Shown here: one piece after another, positions 29,908-39,223 of the stretch
Position numbering within the stretch: position 1 is the first letter of the stretch
Layout of the letters: each line of letters begins with the position of its first letter
The notes under the pieces: generated by a model
What the model was told of the DNA's origin: nothing
Seen by the model: the letters and a program-made list of their open reading frames with translations, nothing else
Database searches by the model: none
Position numbers and translations under genes: made by a program
Origin: Gammaproteobacteria bacterium
GTDB lineage: Bacteria > Pseudomonadota > Gammaproteobacteria > JACCYU01
Direction: 5' to 3'
Assembly (NCBI GenBank): GCA_013696315.1
Contig: JACCYU010000078.1
Location: forward strand, 1 to 55,678
Length of the DNA stretch: 55,678 bases

Positions 29908-30786
29908 CTAACCGGCCAGCAAGTCTTTCGCTTGGTTGATTTTGGCGGCCAGGTAATTGGTGCCACCGCGATCCGGGTGCATTTTCTGCATCAAGCGTCG
30001 GTGCGCGTCGGTGACGGTCTTGGCATCGGCGCCGGCCTTGAGGCCCAGTATTTCGTAGGCTTCCTCGTGGCTCATGCCTTTGCCCATGCCTCCACCATTG
30101 GCTTTGCTCTGTCTGGAGTCTGCGCGGTCTTGTTTTTCCGTGCGATCGGATTTGCTCTCTGACTTGTTATCCGCATGGGCTTCGCCGGATTCCTGCCTGG
30201 CGCTGGTGCCGTGCGCCTGCTCGATGTAGGCCGCCAGCAGTGCCGCCGATTCGGCGTCGCGGCGGGTGTACTGGGCGTGCAGCGCCTGCAACTTTTTGAG
30301 CGTCAGTTCGCTCAAGTGCCCGCCGCTGTGGACGCCGCTCACGATTTTGCCGCGCATTTCGCCGGTCTGCTCGCTTATCGACATCCGCAGGTAACGTGTC
30401 TGGACATTCGTGTAGCCATTATTGCCCCCGCTATCGTCCGATGATTTCGCCTTTGACGCGCGCTTGCGCGAGGACTTGCGCGATCGGGCGCGGGCGGGTG
30501 GGGGCGCTTTTGGTTTCGCGACCGCAGCGCGCCACAACAGGGGCAGCAGCCGGACCACGATGGGCAGAAGAGCGCCGATGACGGCGAATACCCAGTGCAG
30601 CGATCCCGAAAATACCATCGCGAGCAGCGCCACAAGAGCGATGACGATGCCCGCCTGCGAGAGGAATAGCCGGAATTTGCCGGGCGGCTGCCGTCCGACC
30701 ATACTGACCAGCAGAAAGATGGACAGCAGAATTAAAATGCCGACGGGAATGCGCCACCGATAAACTTCCGTGAGAAAAAATTCCAT
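29908..30786 (-). CDS. membrane-anchored J-domain (DnaJ-like) protein
   Basis: Internal ATG 30786 of track ORF 29908..30972. It has 2-3 N-terminal transmembrane helices and a basic linker. The C-terminal J domain reads AYEILGLKAGADAKTVTDAHRRLMQKMHPDRGG (HPD motif). Confidence 0.8.
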   Translation of the reverse strand: MEFFLTEVYRWRIPVGILILLSIFLLVSMVGRQPPGKFRLFLSQAGIVIALVALLAMVFSGSLHWVFAVIGALLPIVVRLLPLLWRAAVAKPKAPPPARARSRKSSRKRASKAKSSDDSGGNNGYTNVQTRYLRMSISEQTGEMRGKIVSGVHSGGHLSELTLKKLQALHAQYTRRDAESAALLAAYIEQAHGTSARQESGEAHADNKSESKSDRTEKQDRADSRQSKANGGGMGKGMSHEEAYEILGLKAGADAKTVTDAHRRLMQKMHPDRGGTNYLAAKINQAKDLLAG

Positions 30787-31162
30787 ATTCGTCGTTGCCC
30801 TTAACGGATCGCGGTTCGCGCGATACAAAAAGCCCTGGCTTGCTAGCCAGCGCGTCGATAAATATGCAGAATAATAATGGATTTTCCTGGAGTTCCGAGT
30901 TGCCGTGCGGCATACGGTGCCAGGCTGCCTAATCGTCGATGTTAGCGTAGGCGGGCATTTTCGTCGTCCCACCTCTTCGGGTGTCGATAAACTGATACAG
31001 CTTACGCACCGCTTGGTATCCGTTTAGTCTACCCAGCGTTTGGGGCAGGCGTAAAGGCAGGCGCCGTTATGCCTGGCCCAGGCGGGCGGAGAATAGTACA
31101 TGAAATGGCGCCGCGGCATCCACAGACGCATGCCTGGCGGAGCGCGGCGTTACACTGACTGC

Positions 31163-31185
31163 CGACCCTGATGGTCGACCCTGAT
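31163..31185. repeat. 13-bp-period tandem duplication (CGACCCTGAT x2)
   Basis: CGACCCTGAT occurs at 31163-31172 and again at 31176-31185, about 30 nt upstream of the MotA-like start. Confidence 0.9.
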
Positions 31186-31213
31186 AGCGGACAAATAAAT
31201 CAAAGGCGGGTCA

Positions 31214-32185
31214 ATGCAAGATTTCAATGCGAATTACAGCCGGCAGATCATGTTCCGGCTGGCCGTGGCGGCAATACTGCTGCTCGTGGTGATGTTTCTG
31301 TGCCGTCGGTTTATCTTCGATTTTTACATTGGCGGTCAGGTCACGATCGCCGGTTATATCATCAACAGCGCGACCCTGACCTTGTTCCTGGCGGGGCTGA
31401 TCGCGATCGTCGCGGGGCTGCGTCACTATTCGCGCGAGGAAGCCGCGCTGGCCAGATTCATGCGCTCGCTGGACGACGAGCAGCGCGATTTAACGGCGGG
31501 CGTAAACCCGCGCAGCATCATCCATAGACGCTATGCCGCCATTTTAAGAATCAGCAAGCAGAACGCGCCGGTCGATCACGGCGCGCTGACCGCGCTGCTG
31601 CTGGCCGATGAGAGCAAGCGATTGTCGTTCCCGCGTTTTGTCAACAATATTCTGATCCTGATGGGCGTATTCGGCACCATTGTTGGTCTGGCGATCGCGC
31701 TTGTGGGTGCGGCCGATCTGCTCGAAGCGGAACAGAACTTAGGCAGCATGGATGTGCTGATCCACGGCATGTCGGTCGCGCCGGCCACGACCATCATCGC
31801 GATCATCTGTTATGTGTTCACCGGTTACTTTTATATCCGCCTGACCGATGCGCAGACACACGTCATCAGCGGCGTCGAGCAGGTGACCCAGCTTTACCTG
31901 CTGCCACGGTTTTCCCGCAACGCCGATTCGATCATGCACGAGATCGCGCATCTGGTCGATCAACTCAGGCAGACCGCGGAGAGCATGCGCGGCAGTCAGA
32001 CCGAATACGCCGAGGCCGGTATCCGCCTGCGCGAAACGGTCAACGACTACGCGCAGGTCGGTCACCGCATGAGCATGATGCTGGCTGAACTGGACTCGCG
32101 CATGAGCGGCATGACCGGCGACGTGCGCACGATCAAAAGCATGCTGCGCGATGGATTCCGCCTGCCGGCCGGCGATTCGCGTTAA
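31214..32185 (+). CDS. MotA/TolQ/ExbB-like proton-channel protein with an extended helical C-terminal tail
   Basis: 323 aa with 2+2 transmembrane topology. The TM3/TM4 block FVNNILILMGVFGTIVGLAIAL...GMSVAPATTIIAIICYVFTGYFY resembles the MotA_ExbB core. About 110 aa of helical tail follow TM4. Confidence 0.65.
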   Translation: MQDFNANYSRQIMFRLAVAAILLLVVMFLCRRFIFDFYIGGQVTIAGYIINSATLTLFLAGLIAIVAGLRHYSREEAALARFMRSLDDEQRDLTAGVNPRSIIHRRYAAILRISKQNAPVDHGALTALLLADESKRLSFPRFVNNILILMGVFGTIVGLAIALVGAADLLEAEQNLGSMDVLIHGMSVAPATTIIAIICYVFTGYFYIRLTDAQTHVISGVEQVTQLYLLPRFSRNADSIMHEIAHLVDQLRQTAESMRGSQTEYAEAGIRLRETVNDYAQVGHRMSMMLAELDSRMSGMTGDVRTIKSMLRDGFRLPAGDSR

Positions 32186-33723
32186 TGAGCCGGGGCTTTG
32201 TCGATCTGCGTGTAGCGCACGGCGACGCGCTATCCGAACACAACGCGGTATGGCCCTCGTTCACCGACATCATGACGGTGGTGGTCATGATCTTTCTGTT
32301 GACCAGCATGGTGTTGATCATGCGCAACTGGGAACTGGTCGAGACTCTGCGCGGCAGCATCGAGGCCGAGCAACGGGCTGCCGAGACGGCGCGCGACAGA
32401 ACGCAAGCTCAGGCTGCGGTGGAACAGCAACTCGTGCGCGCGCAAGCGGAAATCGCGGATCTTAAGGTGCGACTCGAGCGCGCCGCCAGTGAAGCGCAGC
32501 GCGACGCACAACTACTGGCCGAGCGCGACAGCAGCCTGTCGTCTGCACGCTCCGCGGTCAAGCGACTGTCCGCGACTTTACTGTCGTCGTATGACGAAAC
32601 GGATTCGCTGCGCGCCGAGCGCGCGCAACTGTTAAGCGCGGTCGCGCGGACAGAGTCGGAACTCGAATCCTCTAGGGCAAGTGCCGCGGATCTGTCGGGC
32701 AATCTGGCTTCGTCGCGGCAGCGGGTGAGCGCGCTGGAGCAGGAGGCGCGGCAGGCCGCGGCACGGCGCGAGGAATTGCAGACGGCTTTCGAGGCGCAGC
32801 GCGCCGACTCCAGCCGCCTCCAGGAAGCGTTACAGTCATCCCGCCAGCAGGTCGGCGCGCTGGAATCAACGCTCGAGCAGGCACGGCAGCGCGGCGGTCA
32901 AATGCAGGCGCAATACGCCGCGCGCCAGACCGAGTTGCAGGCCGCGGAGTCGAGAATCGCGGAGCTTGCGCAGTCGCTGGAGGCTTTCACCGCACGGGTC
33001 AGCACCCTTGAACAGGCGAACGAACAAGTGCGCGCCGAGCGCGCGGCGTTGCGGGATTCGCTGGCAGGCGGCGAAACTGACCTGATCGCGGCGGAGGCGC
33101 GAATCGCGCAGCTTTCCCGGGAACTCGAAGCGGCGTCGGAGACCGAGCGCGCCATGCAGAGCCGGGTCGAGCAGGCGCGCACCGAGACCTTAGAACTCCG
33201 GGCGGCCTACGATCGTCAGCAAAGCCGTGTGAGCGCGGCGCGGGAACGGTCCGCGGAACTCGATATGACCTTGGGCGCTCGCACGCAAGAATTGCGCGAC
33301 ATTCGTCAGGAGCGCGTGGAAGCCGTGCAGCAAAGCCAGCAAAGCGAACAGCGGCTGACGGAATTGCGGGGCGATTTCGACACCTTGCGGGTCAAGTACG
33401 ACCGGCTGATTCAGCCCGCGCGCAGCGCCGACGGCAAACACGTCGTGGAAGTGCGTTACGACAAGGAACCCGATGGCTACCGCATCGGTTTGAAAGACAG
33501 CGCGGATCAGGCATTTAGTACCGTGAGCGGTTCGCAGATGATGCGCCGGCTGGACGAACTCAAGGCACGTTACGGCAATGATTTGTACGTGCGCGTTATC
33601 ATCCCCGACAACAGTGGGCTGTCCTACAACGAGGCCTGGGATTTTACCAACGACGTCCTCAGCCGTTACGATTATTACTATCAGACTGCCGGGCGCGAAC
33701 CTGGCGCGGAGGCCGTTGAGTAA
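32185..33723 (+). CDS. MotB-like membrane anchor fused to about 350 aa of coiled coil and a C-terminal globular domain
   Basis: 512 aa, with a TAATG overlap with the upstream gene. N-terminus VWPSFTDIMTVVVMIFLLT is like the MotB/ExbD plug-TM segment, with Asp28 at 32266-32268. Residues ~50-405 are A/E/Q/R-rich heptad-like sequence. The C-terminal ~100 aa (VEVRYDKEPDGYRIGL...YVRVIIPDNSGLSYNEAWDF) are not clearly OmpA-like. Confidence 0.6.
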   Translation: MSRGFVDLRVAHGDALSEHNAVWPSFTDIMTVVVMIFLLTSMVLIMRNWELVETLRGSIEAEQRAAETARDRTQAQAAVEQQLVRAQAEIADLKVRLERAASEAQRDAQLLAERDSSLSSARSAVKRLSATLLSSYDETDSLRAERAQLLSAVARTESELESSRASAADLSGNLASSRQRVSALEQEARQAAARREELQTAFEAQRADSSRLQEALQSSRQQVGALESTLEQARQRGGQMQAQYAARQTELQAAESRIAELAQSLEAFTARVSTLEQANEQVRAERAALRDSLAGGETDLIAAEARIAQLSRELEAASETERAMQSRVEQARTETLELRAAYDRQQSRVSAARERSAELDMTLGARTQELRDIRQERVEAVQQSQQSEQRLTELRGDFDTLRVKYDRLIQPARSADGKHVVEVRYDKEPDGYRIGLKDSADQAFSTVSGSQMMRRLDELKARYGNDLYVRVIIPDNSGLSYNEAWDFTNDVLSRYDYYYQTAGREPGAEAVE

Positions 33724-33813
33724 GCGCGGCCCCGGCGGTATGTCATTCGCGATCCCGCGCGTCGTTCGGGTATCGCGCGATCCTGACGCGAGCGGCGGTT
33801 CGGAAGCATCCTG

Positions 33814-35013
33814 ATGTCGTCTCCACATTCAGAATCGACGCGGCATGCGCTGGCGCTGCCCGCGCCCGATCCGGACGCGCAGGCATTGAGCGCCGCGCTG
33901 GTGGACGAGATCCGGCGCGCCATCGAAACCGACGGTGGCAGCATCGGCTTCGACCGCTATATGGAAATGGCGTTGTACGCGCCGCGGCTTGGCTATTATC
34001 ATAATGGCTCGCGCAAATTCGGCGCTGATGGCGACTTTGTCACCGCGCCCGAGCTCTCGCCGCTTTTTGCGCGCGCAATCGCGCGTCACTGCGCGCTGGC
34101 GCTCAAGGAACTCGAAGGCGGCGACCTGCTGGAGTTCGGTCCGGGATCGGGGGCGCTTGCGGCGGAACTGCTGGCGGATCTGGAGCGTCTCGGTGCGCTG
34201 CCAGGCCGTTACCTTATGCTGGAACTGAGCGGCGAATTGCGCCAACGCCAGCACGAGCGGTTGTGTGCATCTGTGCCGCACTTAACTGAACGAGTCGAGT
34301 GGCTGCAAGTCCTCCCCGCCCAGGGTTTTGCCGGCGTGGTGCTGGCCAATGAGGTGCTGGACGCTATGCCGGTCATGTGTTTCGCGGTGCGCGACGGTGC
34401 AGTCTTCGAGCGGCGCGTGGGGTACGATTCAGTCGGCCGGCTAGACTTTCGGGAGCGCACCGCCGATGTGCCGACGCGGGCGCAGGTTGACAATATCACC
34501 GCGGCCTTGCCGGGGCCGCTACCTGACGGTTATCGCAGCGAATTCAGCCCCGCGCTCGATGCGTGGGTGGGCGCGCTCGGCGCACGGCTGGCGCGCGGAC
34601 TGGTTCTGATCTGCGACTACGGTTATCCGCGCGGCGAGTACTATCATCCGCAGCGACGTGACGGCACCTTGCTGTGCCACTATCGCCACCGCGCCCATGC
34701 GGATCCCTTCTTCTATCCCGGCTTGCAGGACATCAGCGCCAACGTGGATTTCACTGTGGTCGCGGAAGCGGCCGCGACGGCGGAACTCGACCTGCTGGCA
34801 TACACAAGTCAGGCGCAATTCCTGCTGGGAAGCGGTCTGCTGGAGACACTGGAACTCGCCGATAATGCCGCGGCATATCTGCGCGTGGCTCAGGAAATAA
34901 AATTACTGACGTTGCCCGGTGAGATGGGGGATCGCTTTCAGGTAATGGCGCTTGGGAAACACTACGCCCCGACTATGCGCTTCTCGTTGCGGGATTTCCG
35001 CGGGCGCCTGTAG
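33814..35013 (+). CDS. SAM-dependent methyltransferase, MidA/NDUFAF7 (DUF185) family
   Basis: 399 aa. FDRYMEMALYAPRLGYYHNGSRKFGADGDFVTAPELSPLFA is the family N-terminal signature. Confidence 0.85.
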   Translation: MSSPHSESTRHALALPAPDPDAQALSAALVDEIRRAIETDGGSIGFDRYMEMALYAPRLGYYHNGSRKFGADGDFVTAPELSPLFARAIARHCALALKELEGGDLLEFGPGSGALAAELLADLERLGALPGRYLMLELSGELRQRQHERLCASVPHLTERVEWLQVLPAQGFAGVVLANEVLDAMPVMCFAVRDGAVFERRVGYDSVGRLDFRERTADVPTRAQVDNITAALPGPLPDGYRSEFSPALDAWVGALGARLARGLVLICDYGYPRGEYYHPQRRDGTLLCHYRHRAHADPFFYPGLQDISANVDFTVVAEAAATAELDLLAYTSQAQFLLGSGLLETLELADNAAAYLRVAQEIKLLTLPGEMGDRFQVMALGKHYAPTMRFSLRDFRGRL

Positions 35014-35090
35014 ACTTAAACGTCGGAAGCTTTCGCGGCTCATGTCTATCTCTGACGACGTATTCCTGAATCTGCTCGAATGGATCGGTT

Positions 35091-36368
35091 TTATCGCGTG
35101 GTGCTGGGCGTGGTGTTGCTGACAGTGTTTGTCTGATCGTGGCTGGCACCGGGACTTCGCAAATCGCGGATCGCCGCGATGCGCCGCGCACGTAATGAAC
35201 GCTTCAGCGCCTCGCCCTTGAGGCCCGCGCGCGCCAGTGCGCCCGCATCCACACCTGCGGCCGCCGCGCGCGCCGCGCGCAGGATTCCGGCCTGCGGATA
35301 GTCGTTATCCTGCATGCCCGCACGTCCGCGCGCGTCCGCCTCGCAGGCCAACAGAAACTGCTCAAAACGCTGCGGGCGACGAAACGCATCCACCCGCTCG
35401 AGCACGTTCAATGTCGTCGCGGCTCGCAGTTCCAGCGCGCGATGACAATGCAGGTGATAACGCGCGACCTGGCCGGCCAGCGCGCGATATTCATTTGGCG
35501 CCTTGAGCCGGTCGCACACTGCGGCTACCAGTTCGCCGCCACGCTGCTCGTGGCGGTAATGGTGCGGCCATTGTTCGCGCGGCGTGACACCCTTGCCGAG
35601 ATCGTGTGTTAGCGCGGCAAATCGGGTCCGCGGGTCTGTAGTGAGCCGCGCGGCTTCGGTCAATACCAGCAAAGTGTGCACGCCGGTATCTATTTCCGGG
35701 TGATAGCGGGCGGGTTGCGGCACGCCGAACAACCGGTCGAGTTCGGGGAATATCGCCGCCAGGGCGCCGCACCTGCGCAGCACCTCGAAGAACTCGGCGG
35801 GCGTGCGCTCGCCCAACGCCTTGACGAGCTCCTGCCAGACGCGCTCGGGCACCAGCGCGTCCGCTTCGCCGCTCTTGACCATCGCGCGCATGAGCGCGAT
35901 GGTTTCTTCGGCGACCTTGAATCCCAGGTGTTTGAAGCGGGCCGCGAAACGTGCGGTTCTCAAAATCCGCACGGGATCTTCCGCGAAGGCAGGCGAAATG
36001 TGGCGCAGCACGCGCTGCCGCAGATCGTCGCGACCGCCGTAGAAGTCGATGACGTTGCCGGTGTCGTCCTCGGCCAGGGCGTTGATGGTCAGGTCGCGGC
36101 GCAGGAGATCCTGTTCCAGGCTGACGTCCGGTGCGGCATGAACGCTGAATCCGCGATAGCCCGCGGTGGTCTTGCGCTCGGTGCGGGCGAGCGCGTATTC
36201 CTCTTTGGTACGCGGATGCAGAAATACCGGAAAGTCCCGGCCAACTGCCTTGTACCCTTGCGCTTCCAGGTCTTCCTGCCTCGCGCCCACCACCACCCAG
36301 TCGCGTTCCTTGACCGACAGACCCAGCAGTTTGTCGCGCACGGCGCCGCCCACCATAAAAATCTTCAT
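35091..36368 (-). CDS. cca: multifunctional CCA-adding enzyme / tRNA nucleotidyltransferase with HD domain
   Basis: Internal ATG 36368 of track ORF 35091..36947: MKIFMVGGAVRDKLLG, RRDLTINA, HD motif ALTHDLGK. Confidence 0.92.
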   Translation of the reverse strand: MKIFMVGGAVRDKLLGLSVKERDWVVVGARQEDLEAQGYKAVGRDFPVFLHPRTKEEYALARTERKTTAGYRGFSVHAAPDVSLEQDLLRRDLTINALAEDDTGNVIDFYGGRDDLRQRVLRHISPAFAEDPVRILRTARFAARFKHLGFKVAEETIALMRAMVKSGEADALVPERVWQELVKALGERTPAEFFEVLRRCGALAAIFPELDRLFGVPQPARYHPEIDTGVHTLLVLTEAARLTTDPRTRFAALTHDLGKGVTPREQWPHHYRHEQRGGELVAAVCDRLKAPNEYRALAGQVARYHLHCHRALELRAATTLNVLERVDAFRRPQRFEQFLLACEADARGRAGMQDNDYPQAGILRAARAAAAGVDAGALARAGLKGEALKRSLRARRIAAIRDLRSPGASHDQTNTVSNTTPSTTR

Positions 36369-36466
36369 GCGCAAAAGCCTAGCGCATAACCGCTGAGGAA
36401 TGCGACTGATCCGTGGCCGGATAACGATGGTGGAAATCGCGCTGTACGTGTTAAGTTTCTTGAGCC

Positions 36467-37522
36467 ATGCACAATCGTTGCCGATTTTTAACGATAGTAC
36501 TGCTGGCGTGGTCGCTCCCCGCATGCGGTACGATGTCGTATTACGCGCAATCCATCGGCGGCCAGCTGCGTTTGCTGTCCAGCCGCGAACCGGTCGCGGC
36601 ATTACTGAAAGACCCTGGCACGGATGCGAAACTAAAAAACCGCCTGGCGCGGACACAGGCGATGCGCAGCTTTGCAAGCGAGGTGCTCGCACTGCCCGAC
36701 AACGACAGTTACCGCGGCTATGTGCAGCTTGAAAGTCCATACGTCGTCTGGTCGCTGTTCGCCACACCGGAATTTTCGCTGCGACCGCGGCAATGGTGTT
36801 TCCCCATCGCCGGTTGCGTGCCGTATCGTGGCTATTTCGCCGCGCGCGACGCGCGAAAATTTGCGCGCGCGCTGCGGGCTGAAGGCATGGATGTGTACGT
36901 CGGCGGCGTCGCGGCGTATTCGACCCTGGGCTGGTTCGACGATCCACTGCTCAGCAGCATGCTTTATCGCGGCGAAACAGAAACCGCGGCCATCATCTTC
37001 CACGAATTGGCGCACGCTAAAGTGTATGCGGCCGGTGACGCGGTGTTCAACGAAAGCTTCGCGATGACGGTCGAGCACGCGGGCATGCATCGCTGGCTGG
37101 CGGCGCACGGCACGAGCGCGCAACGGCGGGCCTATCGAACCACGTGGCGACACAAACAGGTATTTTACGATCTTATCGAAACCGCTCGCGCGCGCCTGTC
37201 CGCGCTTTACGCGAGCGACGCGAAGCCGGCGTTCAAGCGTCGAGGGAAGCGACGGATGATCGCGCAACTGCGCGCGCAATATGTGCGCCTGCAACAACGC
37301 CGAACCGGTCGTGACGGCTACGATCACTGGTTCAACGCGCCGATCAACAACGCCAAGCTGGCGGCGGTTGCTATCTACCGAGAGCTGGTGCCTGATTTCG
37401 AACGATTAATGGCCGCCTGTGACGGCGATTTAGCGCGGTTCTATGCCGCAGTGGCGGCACTGGGCGAGCTTGAACCGAATCGGCGCCATGCTCATCTGAA
37501 CTCGGCCCATGGCTGCTCGTAA
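36467..37522 (+). CDS. putative zinc aminopeptidase lipoprotein (Aminopep family)
   Basis: 351 aa. Lipobox LPAC, HELAH zinc motif, and CFPIAGCVPYRGYF typical of this family. Confidence 0.75.
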   Translation: MHNRCRFLTIVLLAWSLPACGTMSYYAQSIGGQLRLLSSREPVAALLKDPGTDAKLKNRLARTQAMRSFASEVLALPDNDSYRGYVQLESPYVVWSLFATPEFSLRPRQWCFPIAGCVPYRGYFAARDARKFARALRAEGMDVYVGGVAAYSTLGWFDDPLLSSMLYRGETETAAIIFHELAHAKVYAAGDAVFNESFAMTVEHAGMHRWLAAHGTSAQRRAYRTTWRHKQVFYDLIETARARLSALYASDAKPAFKRRGKRRMIAQLRAQYVRLQQRRTGRDGYDHWFNAPINNAKLAAVAIYRELVPDFERLMAACDGDLARFYAAVAALGELEPNRRHAHLNSAHGCS

Positions 37523-37775
37523 TCGTGCGCGACATCTAAGAGGGTACGGTAGTTGGAGTAGCGCGCCAGCCATGGACTAAAAAGACGGCGATCCAAACAG
37601 GCCGGTGCGCAAGAGTGACAATACGCTTCAGCGTTGTTGCTCTGATCCGCTAGAGACGCTTGAGAAACCTCTAGGTTCCTGCGGATATTGCCCGGGCATC
37701 CGTGCTTGTATGCTCCGGAAGAGCCGCCGCAACGATCAGGGTTTCTGAAGAAGTAAACGAAGCAGAGACTGGTGA

Positions 37776-39052
37776 ATGGACACCTACGCTGTGACTGCCC
37801 CCGCCGCTATGTACGAACATAACGTCACGACCGCTGGTCGCGAGCTCTCTCGGGCATGGCGCGCCATTGTCGCGCAGGCGCGCTGTGTCCTGGTCGCCGA
37901 GGTTTCAGACACGAACGCCAAGGTTCGCGGCTGGCGTACCCACCGGTGGATCGCAGGGCACGTTCATTGAGGTAACAGTTTCTGCCGTCGAAGCGACGGA
38001 CGAAGGGCGTCTCTGCACGATCTTTCTGCGCGATGTCAACCAGCGCGAAAAGGCCGAACGCGAGCTGCGCAAACTTCAAACGGAGCACCTTAACTGGCAG
38101 GAGGAGATCAGCCGGCGGATCGGTCTCGGCAAAATCGAGTTTATCGGCGATTCAGCCGAAATGCGCGCCATCGCCAAGAGCATCAAGGTGGTGGCGAATA
38201 CCGACGCCACAGTGCTGCTGACTGGCGAGACGGGGACCGGTAAGGAGTTGATCGCCAAGGCCCTGCACAATGCCAGCGGGCGCAAGGACAAAATGCTGAT
38301 CATCGTCAATTGCGCCGCGCTGCCCAGCGAGTTGATCGAAAGCGAGCTCTTCGGACACGAAATGGGGGCCTTCACCAGCGCCACTGCGCAGCGCAAGGGC
38401 AGGTTCGAACTCGCCGACGGCGGCACCATCTTCCTCGCGACCAGCGGGACTGCCCTAAGCAATTGGACCTGATGTTGATTGCCAAATTGTGGCCAGGTAA
38501 ACGTGGCGGACCGACTTTCTGGCATCCGGTTGAGCATCTCGTACGGGTCTTCGAGACAGTTGCTAAATTGAAGATCCGCTCTGTTATGCGCGCCATGGTG
38601 CCGAAGTTGTTCGCACGCAAGCTTCCGCAGCAGTACTTCGATCGTCTATCCCGTTGCGGCGTCGAGATCACGGACGACTTTATAAGCGCAGATGATCTGT
38701 GGACCGCCATGTCCACGTCACGCCTGGTCTTTTGCGACCGGGTCGGCATATGTGCATATCGTGGCGCATGATCGATCAGCTCGCGATGGGCGCATGCACT
38801 CTGTTGGATCGCGCGCCGTATCCGGAATGGCCGGTACCATTGCGGGCCGATCATGAGTTCGTAGACGGTACGTGCGGCGTTGGCCCGGATGAGGTGCTGC
38901 CGGATGAAGCCGCTTATGAGCGCTTTGCTGACACGATCATGGCGTTGCTGGCTGATCCCGAACGAGCAGCGGCGGTACGGCGCGCGGCGGCCGCATATTT
39001 CGATCGGCATGCGACGGCCACGACTGCCGATGCTTACGCTGGGCGAAGGTAG
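37776..39052 (+). pseudogene. decayed sigma-54-dependent transcriptional activator (PAS remnant, AAA+, HTH remnant) spread over three frames
   Basis: Frame of 37867: PAS tail TFIEVTVSAVE...IFLRDVNQREKAEREL, then IGDSAEMRAI, Walker A LLTGETGTGKEL, and ELFGHEMGAFTSA (degenerate GAFTGA). GGTIFL is then followed by no DE. The continuation is in another frame (VRVFETV ~ VRIIAAT; YFDRLSRCGVEI ~ LYYRLNVFPIEI). A third frame follows (WPVPLRADHEFV ~ WPGNVRELENVI, with an AA-rich HTH-like end). Confidence 0.6.
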
Positions 39053-39223
39053 GCGCTCTAGCACAGCCTGAATCCAAATTGTCTGCGCATCAGCTTGTGC
39101 ATGTTTGGTTGCCCGTGCGCGCTGGAGCCCTTGATGGCTCGCAGACTGTCGTAGCGATGACTCGTAAAGCCTTGGTTACCCGCAATCATCGCGCGACGAG
39201 GGGCAGGATGCTTCAAGGGATTT

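Noticed and set aside
31214-33723. The MotA/MotB-like pair could be a Zorya (ZorAB) defence system.
   Set aside because: No zorC, zorD or zorE-like genes are adjacent. The long coiled coil is on the B subunit, not the A-subunit tail. The flanking genes and local base composition look housekeeping. I kept it as an unexplained stator-like pair rather than calling it Zorya.
35091-36947. The 192-codon N-terminal extension of the cca ORF (36369-36947), and similar extensions of purD, the AEC transporter, the J-domain protein, trxA and the second GT9.
   Set aside because: The extensions are Arg/Pro/Ala-rich, overlap neighbouring genes or promoters, and precede canonical family N-termini that begin at internal start codons.
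38480-39052. I first read the ORFs 38310..38771 and 38699..39052 as a frameshifted CgeB/GT1-like glycosyltransferase C-terminus (LVFCDRVG..., RMIDQLAMGACTLLD, LLADPERAAAVRRAA).
   Set aside because: Checked against the order and spacing of sigma-54 AAA+ motifs, the same residues line up better as the continuation of the upstream activator. VRVFETV corresponds to RIIAATN, YFDRLSRCGVEI to LYYRLNVFPIEI, and WPVPLRADHEFV to WPGNVRELENVI. I therefore merged it into one pseudogene. This still needs a frameshift-aware alignment.
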